A stretch of 64,000 nt of DNA, taken from contig CAYORG010000002.1 of the NCBI GenBank assembly GCA_964406315.1, positions 11,286 through 75,285 of the forward strand. The letters run 5' to 3'. Below are positions 1 to 10,224 of the stretch, one piece after another (position 1 is the stretch's first letter; every line of letters starts with the position of its first letter). Made by a program: the position numbers and the translations under genes. This stretch comes from an uncultured Bacteroidales bacterium (GTDB lineage Bacteria; Bacteroidota; Bacteroidia; Bacteroidales; UBA10428). The notes beneath the pieces are model-generated. The model was not told where the DNA came from. It saw only the letters and a program-made list of their open reading frames with translations, and ran no database searches.

Positions 1-1256
1 TGATCTATTCTGGCTTCAATGGACTTGAAATCGTCAAAAAACGAGGGATATGTTACATTAACAGATTCAGCTGTATCGATGATGGTTTTCCCCTCTGATG
101 CCATGCCGGCAATTGCCAGGGCCATTACCATTCTGTGATCGTGATAGCCATGTACTTCCTGACCTGACAATCTGCTATATTCAATACTCAATCCGTCTTT
201 GAATTCTTCTATTTTTGCTCCCATTCTACGAAGTTCTTTCGTTATAGCGCTGATACGATCACATTCTTTTAACCTGGCCTGTTCTACATTATACAACCTT
301 GTTTTCCCTTTGGCAAAACATCCGACAACCGCCAAAGCAGGCAATGCATCAGGTGTATCATTCATGTCAATTTCCATTCCCGTAAGCTCTTTTCCAATAA
401 CTCTGACTCCCCCTGTTTCATGATGCACCTGCGTACCCATCTTCTGAAGATATTCAAATACTTTTTTATCTCCCTGATGATCAGAAAAATCAAGACCTTT
501 AATCAGTACTTCGGATTGGGTTATTGCAGCAGCACATAAAGCAAATGTTGCAGAGGAAAAATCAGCGGGGATCTTTAGGTCAAATGCCTTATATTTCTGT
601 TTCCCTTTAATTTTAAACCATTCCAGTCCTTTTTGTTCAAATGCAATATTCTGCTTTTTCAGCCAGTCCAGTGTAATTTCTACGTATGATTTCTCATGCA
701 GATTTTTTACCTCAATTTCAGTATCATTCTCGGCCAGAGGTGCAGCAAAAAGCAAAGCAGTAACAAACTGGGAGCTAATTCCGTCTATTGTTGTTTTGCC
801 TCCTTTTAGGGGACCCCTTACTGTGAAAGGGCATTTGTCATTCAGGGTTTTAACTTCTGCTCCCAAAGATCTGAGAGCCAAAATAAGAGGGGTCATGGGT
901 CGTTCTCTGATAGAGGGATCGCCATCAAATGTGATATCCTGGGATGCAAGTGAGGCAAGGGCACTAAAAATTCTTAGCGAGGTACCTGAATTGGCAACAT
1001 CAACAAAGCTGGCCACTTTGCTTATTTTCCCCCTGGTACCATCTATTACCCAGGTCCCGTCAAGCACTTTAATCCTGGCTCCAAATTCCTGCGCTGCTCT
1101 GAATGCCGACCGTGCATCTGCAGAATCAAGCGGGTCATGCAATATGGAACGCCCTTCAGCCATAGTCGCAACCGCCACAGCACGAATAGTGTGCGACTTT
1201 GAAGCGGGGATGGCTATTTCTCCACTTAGTTTCGATTTTTGCGTAACAACTTTCAA
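1..1256 (-). CDS. aroA: 3-phosphoshikimate 1-carboxyvinyltransferase (EPSP synthase). The C-terminal end runs off the window and the start codon is uncertain (possible TTG at 1256).
   Basis: My own minus-strand translation gives an N-terminus ...LKVVTQKSKLSGEIAIPASKSHTIRAVAVATMAEGRSILHDPLDSADAR and a C-terminal part ...GQEVHGYHDHRMVMALAIAGMASEGKTIIDTAESVNVTYPSFFDDFKSIEARID. Both are typical AroA motifs. It is absent from the ORF track, presumably because it is edge-truncated. Confidence 0.8.
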   Translation of the reverse strand, partial: MKVVTQKSKLSGEIAIPASKSHTIRAVAVATMAEGRSILHDPLDSADARSAFRAAQEFGARIKVLDGTWVIDGTRGKISKVASFVDVANSGTSLRIFSALASLASQDITFDGDPSIRERPMTPLILALRSLGAEVKTLNDKCPFTVRGPLKGGKTTIDGISSQFVTALLFAAPLAENDTEIEVKNLHEKSYVEITLDWLKKQNIAFEQKGLEWFKIKGKQKYKAFDLKIPADFSSATFALCAAAITQSEVLIKGLDFSDHQGDKKVFEYLQKMGTQVHHETGGVRVIGKELTGMEIDMNDTPDALPALAVVGCFAKGKTRLYNVEQARLKECDRISAITKELRRMGAKIEEFKDGLSIEYSRLSGQEVHGYHDHRMVMALAIAGMASEGKTIIDTAESVNVTYPSFFDDFKSIEARID

Positions 1257-1570
1257 TTTTAATGAATTGAGCTCGCAAAAATAATAGGAAGCAAAGAGAA
1301 TTACAACATAATCGATTGATTCTGTTCAATTGGTGAGTGATTTAAACAATCCCACCGATTTTGCTATAAAATAATCACAACCAGTTGAACGGCCTTGGAA
1401 AAAAACCTGATATTCAGAGAACAAATGATCAATACTATTGGAGCAGAGTTGGTCACAATCCCTCAGCAAAGAAATTTCAATGAATTCAGCATTCAGTTCG
1501 AAATGATTGTAAGGATAATTTAATTAATTATTTTAGTATCAAAATCATTCACAATCAAAAGACGACCACT

Positions 1571-2224
1571 ATGAAACGTATTTTTTACTTATTGATTTTT
1601 AGCTTGTTGTTTACTGTATCCTATTCGCAAGTTAAAGAAATTGGATTCTCTCATTACCTTTTTCCGGAATTTACAAAAGGAGTTGTTCTGATGACAACCG
1701 GAGTCAAAAATGAAGCTTTGCTGAATTATAATTCGCTGACCGAAGAAATGGTTTTCGATAATAAAGGCAGAAAATTAGCCATAACAAAGAAGGAAATGGA
1801 ACTTATAGATACGGTTTTCATCAGGGACAGGAAGTTTTTTGTATTAAACAATGAATTTACCGAATTAGTATACCATTCAACCTGGGACCTGTATGCCGGA
1901 CACAAATGCAGAATAAATGACCCGGGTAAACCTGTCGGATATGGCGGAACATCACAGACTTCAGCTGTCACTTCCTATTCTTCATATCGTGCTGACGGCC
2001 GGGTATATGAACTTAAATTACCCGATAGCTATGAAGTAAAACCATACATTGTTTATTGGTTAATGAAAGATGGAAAATTGACCAAGTTTATCAGCATCAG
2101 GCAATTGATGAAATTATTTAAAGAAAAGAAGGATTTGGCCAAGGCGTATATCAAAAAGTACAATGTAAAATACGACGATCAGAAAAGTATTGTTCAATTC
2201 ATTAACTACCTGGAAAAAAATTGA
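1571..2224 (+). CDS. Hypothetical secreted protein
   Basis: 217-aa ORF with an N-terminal signal-like segment (MKRIFYLLIFSLLFTVSYSQ). I recognised no family. Confidence 0.55.
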   Translation: MKRIFYLLIFSLLFTVSYSQVKEIGFSHYLFPEFTKGVVLMTTGVKNEALLNYNSLTEEMVFDNKGRKLAITKKEMELIDTVFIRDRKFFVLNNEFTELVYHSTWDLYAGHKCRINDPGKPVGYGGTSQTSAVTSYSSYRADGRVYELKLPDSYEVKPYIVYWLMKDGKLTKFISIRQLMKLFKEKKDLAKAYIKKYNVKYDDQKSIVQFINYLEKN

Positions 2225-2500
2225 AAGCAATACATCCGATGCGAAGATAATACGCCATATTTCAACAGATGCCCTCTACCATTCAAGCGTCATCTGCTCT
2301 CCGTTCAGTATTGATTTTTAAGTGCCAATTTTTGACTTACATGAATTGATTGCAAAAAGTCAAAGTAACTAAAGACAATACAATATATGTAATTATCTGT
2401 AATTCAAATATTTAATGCAGAAAAGCCATCTTTAATCGGATGATGAATGCGTGCCCCTTCCTTGAAGAAATAATTCATGTAGATATAACAAATACTATCA

Positions 2501-3232
2501 TTATTGAGATCTTCTTGAAAACAAACCATATTTTACAATATAATAAATAGCCATAATCCCATCCATCCACTTAATCTTTTTACCTTCATCATAGGTCCTT
2601 CCATAATAAGATATACCGACCTCATAAATTCTTATTCCGGGAACTCTTGATATTTTGGCAGTTATCTCCGGTTCAAAACCGAATCTGGATTCCTTAAGCT
2701 GAATAGTCTGAATAATTTTTGTTTTAAATAATTTATAACAGGTTTCCATATCTGTCAGATTTAAATTAGTAAACATGTTGGAAAGAGTTGTCAATAGTTT
2801 GTTCCCTATCGAGTGCCAAAAGAAAAGAATTCGATGAGGACTACCACCCATAAATCTTGAGCCATATACCACATCAGCATAACCTTCAACAACTGGTCTC
2901 AGCAGGTTATTATATTCATCAGGATCATACTCCAAGTCAGCATCCTGTATTATTAAACATTCGCCCGATGATTTTGAAATTCCGGTATGTAAAGCAGCTC
3001 CCTTACCCATATTTTTTTCATGTTTGAAATACTGGATATTTATATCTTTATTCTCCGATATATATTTAAGAATTTCATCTTCAGTATTATCGGTCGAATA
3101 ATCATTTATTATTATCACTTCCTTCTCAATATCATGTATTAAGCTTACACCTTTTATCTTCCCCAGCATTTTATGTATGGTTTTCCCTTCGTTGTATGCT
3201 GGAACAATAATGGAAAGTTTTTTTATTTTCAT
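2501..3232 (-). CDS. Family 2 glycosyltransferase, polyprenyl-phosphate sugar synthase-like (DPM1/GtrB/ArnC type)
   Basis: SIIVPAYNEGKTI near the N-terminus, NDYSTDNT, and a DxD-like QDADLEYDP. The 243-aa size fits this family. Confidence 0.85.
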   Translation of the reverse strand: MKIKKLSIIVPAYNEGKTIHKMLGKIKGVSLIHDIEKEVIIINDYSTDNTEDEILKYISENKDINIQYFKHEKNMGKGAALHTGISKSSGECLIIQDADLEYDPDEYNNLLRPVVEGYADVVYGSRFMGGSPHRILFFWHSIGNKLLTTLSNMFTNLNLTDMETCYKLFKTKIIQTIQLKESRFGFEPEITAKISRVPGIRIYEVGISYYGRTYDEGKKIKWMDGIMAIYYIVKYGLFSRRSQ

Positions 3233-3358
3233 TGGTCTTATTTACTTACAGTGAATAAAATATATCGCATTACAAAAACCTTTTTTTTCTCATCCCTGAG
3301 AATTAAGAATTATAACTACTTCATATCAATTCTGAATAATTGAAATTACTTTAAGTTC

Positions 3359-5104
3359 TTATTTCATATACAGTGTCAACTTTGTGTTTTCTGTTAATCC
3401 TTCGAATTGTTTTTTTGAATTTAAATAAATCACCAAGCGACCATTATGAAAATAATCCGGGACATGCACATAAAATGCATACTTATTTCTGCGACCTGGC
3501 GCAGAAATTGGACTGAATAATCTGATTCTATTATGTTTAATCGAATCTGATTTGATAAGCTTTGAATTAAGGTAACTATCATAAAATCCATTAGTTACTT
3601 CTATTTCAGTTTCTATTTTTATCCATACATCAGAATATCTGCCGCCCTCCGGTTCTAAATTAAGTTTTGTATCTGCGATATTAAATATAGAATCTGAGGA
3701 TCTATTGAATTTCAGAATACTATCCTGCAAAAATTCTGTTTTTATTTTGTACTTTTTTTCATTCCTGAGCCATTCCTTTGTATCCAGCATACTCATATCA
3801 AGGGGTTGTAAGTGACGATTTAAATATATGCGACCATAATAACGTCTATTCATGTCGTCAAAGTGAAGAAAAGTGTTATTGTATTGCTGAATCTGAAATA
3901 TATTGACCCAAATTAAGTATATTCCCAAAACATAAAATACAAATCGCCACCTGTATTGGTTGATTTTTTCAACGAATGCCGCAAAAGCTAAAGCGAAAAC
4001 AGGATAACTTTGTACCAATGCCCTGGTTGAATAACTTCCCCCATATCTCCAAATACGCCAGGATATTATTATATAAATATTAATTAAACAAAAATATATT
4101 ACAGCTTTTCTGAAGGGATACTTTTTAAGAAAGAATAAACCTACTATAAAGAAGATGGTTATAGGAGTATAAATAAACCATCCCTTCTCCCAGCCAATTA
4201 TCACTCGCAAATGCGGGGTTAAAAAGTCCCAGGCGCTTCCTACTTCATATATAAACGATCCACTAGAGTATTTCCAATAGATAAGCTGTGGCAGTATACC
4301 AATAAATCCAAATATTAAAGCAGCAAAAAGATGGTTTTTATGTTTCTTCACACTTGCCCATTTTTCTTTTGCGGATTCTTTTGTATGGGTATCCCAAAGT
4401 AATGGGATGAAAAGCATAACGGCTTCGGTTGGTCGACAAATTATAGCCAAACCAATAATGTATCCTGTTAATGAAGCCCATATGATAGTTGGCTTCTGAT
4501 GCCATTTTAAAGTAAAGTAAATGAGTAGAACATACAAAGGGAAAATGTAGGCATGACTCATAGCATTATCAACACTGGCATACTGTATAAAATTCGTGGC
4601 CAGTAAAAGCAATATCAGAGTTATTGCTGTTGTACGATCGCTGAAGTATTTAAGCAAAATGCGTCTTAAGAGAAAAATCGCCAGCATACAATAAAATAAG
4701 ATACCGAATGCTAATGCGTATTGATAGGGTGGTGAAAAACCATCTGGTTCATATTTGGAAAATTTTGCGATTGAATCTCCGATTAAAAAAAAAGGCGTTT
4801 CAAGTATTGCAACTCCACCCAGATAACCAAAAACATAATTCCCATTCTTGTATTTGTGAGCCTGATATACATATCCTCCGGTAACATTATATTTTGCATC
4901 AATCTCTGGCAACCATTTTAATTCTCTCAGATCCTTATAGATATATATGGAGGGCAAATACATATAATAACCCAGAGCATCCCAGGTAGTAACTCGTAAT
5001 GGATGTGAAGATCGTATATCTGAATATTTTACCCTTATTAACACTAATACAATAACTATCAGAATACATGCAGTAAACGAAGTTGAATTTTTCATTATTT
5101 TCAT
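3359..5104 (-). CDS. Polytopic membrane protein, GT-C type (ArnT/PMT-like) glycosyltransferase candidate with a ~180-aa C-terminal soluble domain
   Basis: 581 aa, with about 10 or more hydrophobic segments in the first ~400 aa. It lies immediately upstream of the GT2 gene on the same strand. The family assignment rests on architecture only. Confidence 0.6.
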   Translation of the reverse strand: MKIMKNSTSFTACILIVIVLVLIRVKYSDIRSSHPLRVTTWDALGYYMYLPSIYIYKDLRELKWLPEIDAKYNVTGGYVYQAHKYKNGNYVFGYLGGVAILETPFFLIGDSIAKFSKYEPDGFSPPYQYALAFGILFYCMLAIFLLRRILLKYFSDRTTAITLILLLLATNFIQYASVDNAMSHAYIFPLYVLLIYFTLKWHQKPTIIWASLTGYIIGLAIICRPTEAVMLFIPLLWDTHTKESAKEKWASVKKHKNHLFAALIFGFIGILPQLIYWKYSSGSFIYEVGSAWDFLTPHLRVIIGWEKGWFIYTPITIFFIVGLFFLKKYPFRKAVIYFCLINIYIIISWRIWRYGGSYSTRALVQSYPVFALAFAAFVEKINQYRWRFVFYVLGIYLIWVNIFQIQQYNNTFLHFDDMNRRYYGRIYLNRHLQPLDMSMLDTKEWLRNEKKYKIKTEFLQDSILKFNRSSDSIFNIADTKLNLEPEGGRYSDVWIKIETEIEVTNGFYDSYLNSKLIKSDSIKHNRIRLFSPISAPGRRNKYAFYVHVPDYFHNGRLVIYLNSKKQFEGLTENTKLTLYMK

Positions 5105-5254
5105 TTACTTTGGATATTTCGCATGAATGATCCTTTAATAATGAGGAATGTACATGATAAGATCAAATACTCAAAAATTAAATGTTTATGGATTCACTAT
5201 GGTTTTTACTAATACATGATCTTTGTCCGTTGTAAATATAAATATTTCAATCTT

Positions 5255-7999
5255 TCACCATTCGAGCGTCATCTGCTCTCCGTTAATCCGTTCAATAGTA
5301 TTGGATGGTTTTTTTGTATTTAAATCTTCAGAATCAGACACCTGTTCGTTGTCTGTTTTTTCCTGTTCTTCCTCTATCAGTTCAACATCAGCTTCGACCT
5401 GACTGACGGGAATTTCTTTCTTTTCCTCAACTTCTTTTTGTGCCGATACATCTTCATCTTCCATTTTCTTTACAGGTTCCAATTCTTCGATTTTTTTGAT
5501 CTCGTACCTGGTCAATCGCTTACCTCTGGCTTTGAATCCTTTCACTGCAATAAACGATTCAACATCAAGTTCTTCAGCCTTCCGGTTTTTATTTTTTCCT
5601 CCAAAAAGCAACTTTAGCCTGGGGCAAACTTCTGCTGAAATATGAACAAATTCACATTTAGAATCTTCAGGAAAGTAGTTTTGAGGTTTCCCGTTAATAT
5701 CAGCTACAAAACGTTTGATGTAATGGTATTTCTGGTCTGCATCATAATAAACAACAGTATATATTTTTTGCTCATCGTGCCTGGCCATATAGCAAATTCC
5801 CTCGTTAAAATGCAGAGTGAGATCCGGTCTGTAGATTGAACATATTCCCGAGTCATAAAATACGATAATCCGGTCAACAGTCTGGAATTCGCCAATGTAA
5901 TTGCCTCGTTCTTCCATATTCAATCGCTGTACTTCAGGGTCAAACCATATTTTCTGTCCTCCAAGAGTTGAACCCATCTTCTCCAGCAATTCAATTCGAT
6001 GCACAGCATGTTTTGTAAGTATGTTCCCCACGGAACCCTTGCCCTTGATGGTTAATTGGCTAAAATCGTATTCAATAGCCAGATTCCTTAATCTTGGTTT
6101 GGGTTTCAGAATAACCTTAATTATTTCAGCTTCTCCGTTGGGATTTACCGTCAAATGAAGGATGCGGGAACCTTTTTTGCCTTTTGTTAAATCATATTCT
6201 TTATCGCGTGTAAGACCGGTAATGGAACAACGTTTGGTCATTATAGCACCATTTAGTCCGTCACGATAAACAATATTATAAATTGTCCGATTGTCATTCT
6301 TCCTGAAAACTGCAGCATGAAGAATTCCCTTTCCAACAAACGTTTTATCTGTAACTTTTGTGATGCGGTATTTTCCATCGCTGAGGATAACCAGAATATT
6401 ATCGATATCCGAACACTCGCAAACAAATTCTTCCTTTCTTAATCCTGTTCCGATAAAACCTTCACTCTTGTTAGCATACAACTTCTCGTTCGCAACCACA
6501 ACATGTGTAGCTTGTATAGTATCGAAACTTCTGATTTCTGTTTTTCTCTCTTTCCCCTTGCCGTATTTCTTCTTTATTTGTCTGTAATAGTTGATCGTAT
6601 AGGGAATAATGTGTTCGATGTGATTCTTCACCTCATCCATCTCATCTTCAACAGATTGAATATGTTCATCAGCTTTGAATGAACTGTATTTCGAAATCCG
6701 TTTGATGGGTATATTGGAAAGCCTGACCAGATCATCATGTGTAACCTTACGTTTAAGCTTTTTAACAAAAGGTTTCAAGCTCTCATCGATGGTTGTCAGA
6801 ATCTCTTCTTCCGTCTTACAGGTTTTAATATTTTCATACAGTTCATTCTCAATAAATATTTTCTCCAGAGAATAAATATGCCATTCTTCTTCCAGCTCAT
6901 TCAACCTGATCTCCAATTCCAGCTTAAGAAGCTCACGTGTATTATCAGTACACCGTTTTAATATTTGCGAAACACCTAAAAAATAAGGCTTGTCTTCATC
7001 GATCACACAGGAATTCGGAGATATTGATACTTCACAATCGCTAAAAGCATATAAAGCATCAATCATTTTATCAGGAGAAACTCCCGGTGCCAGATGAATC
7101 AATATTTCAACATTCTCTGCCGTATCGTCATCGATCTTCTTGATCTTGATTTTTCCTTTTTCATTTGCTTTAACTATGGATTCAATCAGGATGGATGTGG
7201 TTTTCCCGTAAGGTATTTCGGTTATACAAAGCGTCTTATTATCAATCTTATTGATTTTTGCACGAATTTTAAGCGCTCCACCCCTTAAACCATCATTGTA
7301 TTTTGAAACTTCAACCATGCCTCCCGTAGGAAAATCAGGGTATAACTGAAAGCTTTTATTTTCAAGACAGGCTATTGAAGCATCTATCAATTCATTAAAA
7401 TTATGAGGGAGGATCTTTGATGCAAGGCCCACTGCAATTCCTTCAACACCCTGTGCCAATAATAATGGAAACTTAACCGGCAATGTAATTGGTTCTTTAT
7501 TCCTTCCATCATAGGAAAGCTTCCAGTTTGTTGTTTTTGGATTGAACACAACTTCAAGTGCAAACTTCGATAGCCTGGCTTCAATATATCGGGGCGCAGC
7601 AGCTCCATCTCCTGTGAGAACATTTCCCCAGTTTCCCTGTGCGTCGATCAACAAATCTTTCTGTCCCAGCTGAACCAGGGCATCACCAATAGAAGCATCT
7701 CCATGAGGATGATACTGCATAGTATTCCCAATGATGTTGGCAACCTTATTGTACCTGCCGTCATCCAACCTGCGCATAGCATGAAGAATCCTGCGTTGAA
7801 CAGGTTTCAGACCATCATCAACGTGAGGTACGGCGCGTTCCAGAATAACATAAGAGGCATAATCAAGAAACCAGTCCTGATACATGCCTGATAATTTGGT
7901 AACATGAGTTGATTTTTGGTGATCGGCAATCTCAGATTCACTCAATCCGTCTTCTTCATCAGGTATACTCTCTGTTCTATCGATATCTTCCTTACTCAT
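5255..7999 (-). CDS. parC: DNA topoisomerase IV subunit A, with a long acidic C-terminal tail
   Basis: LSGMYQDWFLDYASYVILERAVPHVDDGLKPVQRRILH, followed by the GyrA/ParC breakage-reunion domain. It sits directly downstream of parE. Confidence 0.9.
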   Translation of the reverse strand: MSKEDIDRTESIPDEEDGLSESEIADHQKSTHVTKLSGMYQDWFLDYASYVILERAVPHVDDGLKPVQRRILHAMRRLDDGRYNKVANIIGNTMQYHPHGDASIGDALVQLGQKDLLIDAQGNWGNVLTGDGAAAPRYIEARLSKFALEVVFNPKTTNWKLSYDGRNKEPITLPVKFPLLLAQGVEGIAVGLASKILPHNFNELIDASIACLENKSFQLYPDFPTGGMVEVSKYNDGLRGGALKIRAKINKIDNKTLCITEIPYGKTTSILIESIVKANEKGKIKIKKIDDDTAENVEILIHLAPGVSPDKMIDALYAFSDCEVSISPNSCVIDEDKPYFLGVSQILKRCTDNTRELLKLELEIRLNELEEEWHIYSLEKIFIENELYENIKTCKTEEEILTTIDESLKPFVKKLKRKVTHDDLVRLSNIPIKRISKYSSFKADEHIQSVEDEMDEVKNHIEHIIPYTINYYRQIKKKYGKGKERKTEIRSFDTIQATHVVVANEKLYANKSEGFIGTGLRKEEFVCECSDIDNILVILSDGKYRITKVTDKTFVGKGILHAAVFRKNDNRTIYNIVYRDGLNGAIMTKRCSITGLTRDKEYDLTKGKKGSRILHLTVNPNGEAEIIKVILKPKPRLRNLAIEYDFSQLTIKGKGSVGNILTKHAVHRIELLEKMGSTLGGQKIWFDPEVQRLNMEERGNYIGEFQTVDRIIVFYDSGICSIYRPDLTLHFNEGICYMARHDEQKIYTVVYYDADQKYHYIKRFVADINGKPQNYFPEDSKCEFVHISAEVCPRLKLLFGGKNKNRKAEELDVESFIAVKGFKARGKRLTRYEIKKIEELEPVKKMEDEDVSAQKEVEEKKEIPVSQVEADVELIEEEQEKTDNEQVSDSEDLNTKKPSNTIERINGEQMTLEW

Positions 8000-8017
8000 T
8001 TGTTTACTTCAACCTTT

Positions 8018-9865
8018 TTAAGCTTCAACCAAATCTTCTTCAACACGCAAATTCTCAATGATGAAATCCTGTCTTTGAGGAGTATTCTTACCCATATAGA
8101 AAGGCAATAACTTGCTTACAGAGTCTTCTTTCTTCAGTGTCACAGGTTCAATACGCATATCCTTTCCTATAAAATGCTTAAACTCATCCGGTGAAATTTC
8201 GCCCAGACCCTTAAAACGGGTGATTTCGGGTTTCACACCGAGTTTACTTATAGCATCCAGCTTTTCCTCTTCGCTGTAACAATATATTGTTTTCTGTTTG
8301 TTTCTGACACGAAACAAAGGGGTTTGTAAAATATACACATGCCCCCTTCTGACAAGTTCAGGAAAGAACTGAAGAAAGAATGTTAACAAAAGCAAACGAA
8401 TGTGCATTCCATCCACATCAGCATCAGTGGCAATAACTACATTATGATAACGAAGATTGTCAATATCATCTTCTATATTCAAAGCAGCCTGAAGAAGGTT
8501 GAATTCTTCATTCTCATAGACTATCTTTTTCGTGAGTCCGTATGAGTTTAATGGTTTCCCTTTCAAACTGAAAACAGCCTGCGTACTGACATCGCGCGAT
8601 TTAGTTATTGAACCGCTTGCCGAATCACCTTCAGTGATAAATATTGTTGATTCAAGCTTGCGTTCATCCATTGAGTTCAAATGAATTTTACAATCACGAA
8701 GTTTCTTGTTGTGCAAGCTTACTTTTTTTGCTCTTTCTCTGGCAAGTTTCTGAATTCCCGAAATTGCCTTTCTTTCCTTCTCCGATTCAATGATTTTCTT
8801 ATAAATAACATCTGCTACATCTGTATGTTTATGCAAAAAATCATCCAGATGCTTTTTTACAAAATCGTTCACATAGCGTGAAACAGATGGTCCTTTTGGG
8901 CCGATATCTTTTGAACCAAGCTTTGTTTTTGTTTGTGATTCAAATATAGGTTCTTCAATTTTTATACTGACAGCTGCTATGATAGACGCTCGGATATCAG
9001 AGGAATCAAAATTCTTGTTAAAGAATTCCCTGATTGTCTTTACATAAGCTTCCCGAAAAGCCTGCAAATGTGTACCGCCCTGAGTAGTATGTTGTCCATT
9101 TACAAAGGCATAATAGGTTTCACCGTACTGATTCACATGTGTCATTGCAACCTCAAGATCACCATTCTTTAAATGAATGATCGGATAAAGTCCTTCAGAA
9201 CTCATGTTCTCATCAAGCAAATCAAGCAATCCGTTTTTGGAAACATATTTTTTCCCATTGATTTTAATTACCAGACCTGCATTTAAGTAAATATAGTTGC
9301 GAACCAGGGATTCAATATAATCTTCAATAAACCTGTAATTCCCAAACAATTTTCCGTCAGGAACAAACTGAACAAGTGTCCCGTTTTTCTCAATGCTTTT
9401 TTCTTCACCGGATTCATCCACTATATTTCCTTCAGAAAAGTATACTGCCTTAACTATTCCGTCACGGTATGCTTTAATGGTAAACTGAGATGATAATGCA
9501 TTCACTGCTTTTATTCCTACACCGTTTAATCCAACAGATTTCTTAAACACTTTTGAATCATACTTAGCTCCGGTATTCATCCTGGAAGCAACCTCCTTTA
9601 ACTTGCCCAATGGAATACCGCGTCCAAAATCCCTGACACTTACCAAATTCTCATCAATGGTAATTTCAATTTCCTTTCCGAACCCCATCATGTATTCGTC
9701 AACAGAGTTATCCAACACCTCCTTCAGAAGTATGTAAATGCCATCATCCTTGGATGAACCATCTCCCAGTTTCCCTATATACATACCGGGTCTCCGGCGT
9801 ATATGCTCTTTCCAGTCTAATGTCCGGATCGTTTCTTCAGAATAATTTGCTACCGACATAATCAT
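8018..9865 (-). CDS. parE: DNA topoisomerase IV subunit B
   Basis: [15 protein letters not shown], a GHKL ATPase region, and Toprim motifs ([22 protein letters not shown]). Confidence 0.9.
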   Translation of the reverse strand: MIMSVANYSEETIRTLDWKEHIRRRPGMYIGKLGDGSSKDDGIYILLKEVLDNSVDEYMMGFGKEIEITIDENLVSVRDFGRGIPLGKLKEVASRMNTGAKYDSKVFKKSVGLNGVGIKAVNALSSQFTIKAYRDGIVKAVYFSEGNIVDESGEEKSIEKNGTLVQFVPDGKLFGNYRFIEDYIESLVRNYIYLNAGLVIKINGKKYVSKNGLLDLLDENMSSEGLYPIIHLKNGDLEVAMTHVNQYGETYYAFVNGQHTTQGGTHLQAFREAYVKTIREFFNKNFDSSDIRASIIAAVSIKIEEPIFESQTKTKLGSKDIGPKGPSVSRYVNDFVKKHLDDFLHKHTDVADVIYKKIIESEKERKAISGIQKLARERAKKVSLHNKKLRDCKIHLNSMDERKLESTIFITEGDSASGSITKSRDVSTQAVFSLKGKPLNSYGLTKKIVYENEEFNLLQAALNIEDDIDNLRYHNVVIATDADVDGMHIRLLLLTFFLQFFPELVRRGHVYILQTPLFRVRNKQKTIYCYSEEEKLDAISKLGVKPEITRFKGLGEISPDEFKHFIGKDMRIEPVTLKKEDSVSKLLPFYMGKNTPQRQDFIIENLRVEEDLVEA

Positions 9866-9974
9866 TGGCTTTGCGACAAATATATAGAATTAGAAGGTGG
9901 TTGATGAATTTGTTTATTAACGCTTAATTAACAGGGTCGGTTGTTGATATGTTATTAAATGAGTTAGGTTGTGG

Positions 9975-10009
9975 AAAAAAATAAGGCAGGAAACGAATGT
10001 TCCTGCCTT
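9975..10009 (-). terminator. Rho-independent terminator downstream of lysS
   Basis: Perfect 10-bp stem, aaggcaggaa (9983-9992) pairing with ttcctgcctt (10000-10009), with a 7-nt loop. On the minus strand it is followed by a run of 7 T. Confidence 0.6.
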
Positions 10010-10224
10010 TGGGTGTCAATCAATCAATAACTTAAAATTAGCTTCCCGAATTTACAAAATTTTATTCAAAACTCCAAGGGTTTTATAATTAAGAAGTTAT
10101 GCACCAATAGCCGATCTTAAAAAGAATCCGTTTTCTACAGTAAAAACAATTAAAAAGTCCGGGGTATTCAGTTCTTATCAACGCGGTTAAATCCCGATAG
10201 ATATGGAATTATGATAATGAATAT

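Noticed and set aside
796-1284. 162-aa plus-strand ORF in the ORF track
   Set aside because: It lies antisense to a clear aroA reading frame. It has a TTG start and low-complexity Ser/Ala/Leu-rich composition typical of antisense translation.
5642-7891. Multiple 60-90-aa ORFs on both strands inside parC
   Set aside because: All are nested in, or antisense to, the well-supported 914-aa ParC frame. None has a recognisable motif.
9866-10224. A 359-nt spacer containing aaagtccgggg, reminiscent of the RNase P RNA GGAAAGUCCGGGC core
   Set aside because: There is no preceding GAGGA and no ACAGAA.CCGGCUUA-type P4 partner. The GC content is very low, and the region already contains the lysS terminator. 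It is not an RNase P RNA.
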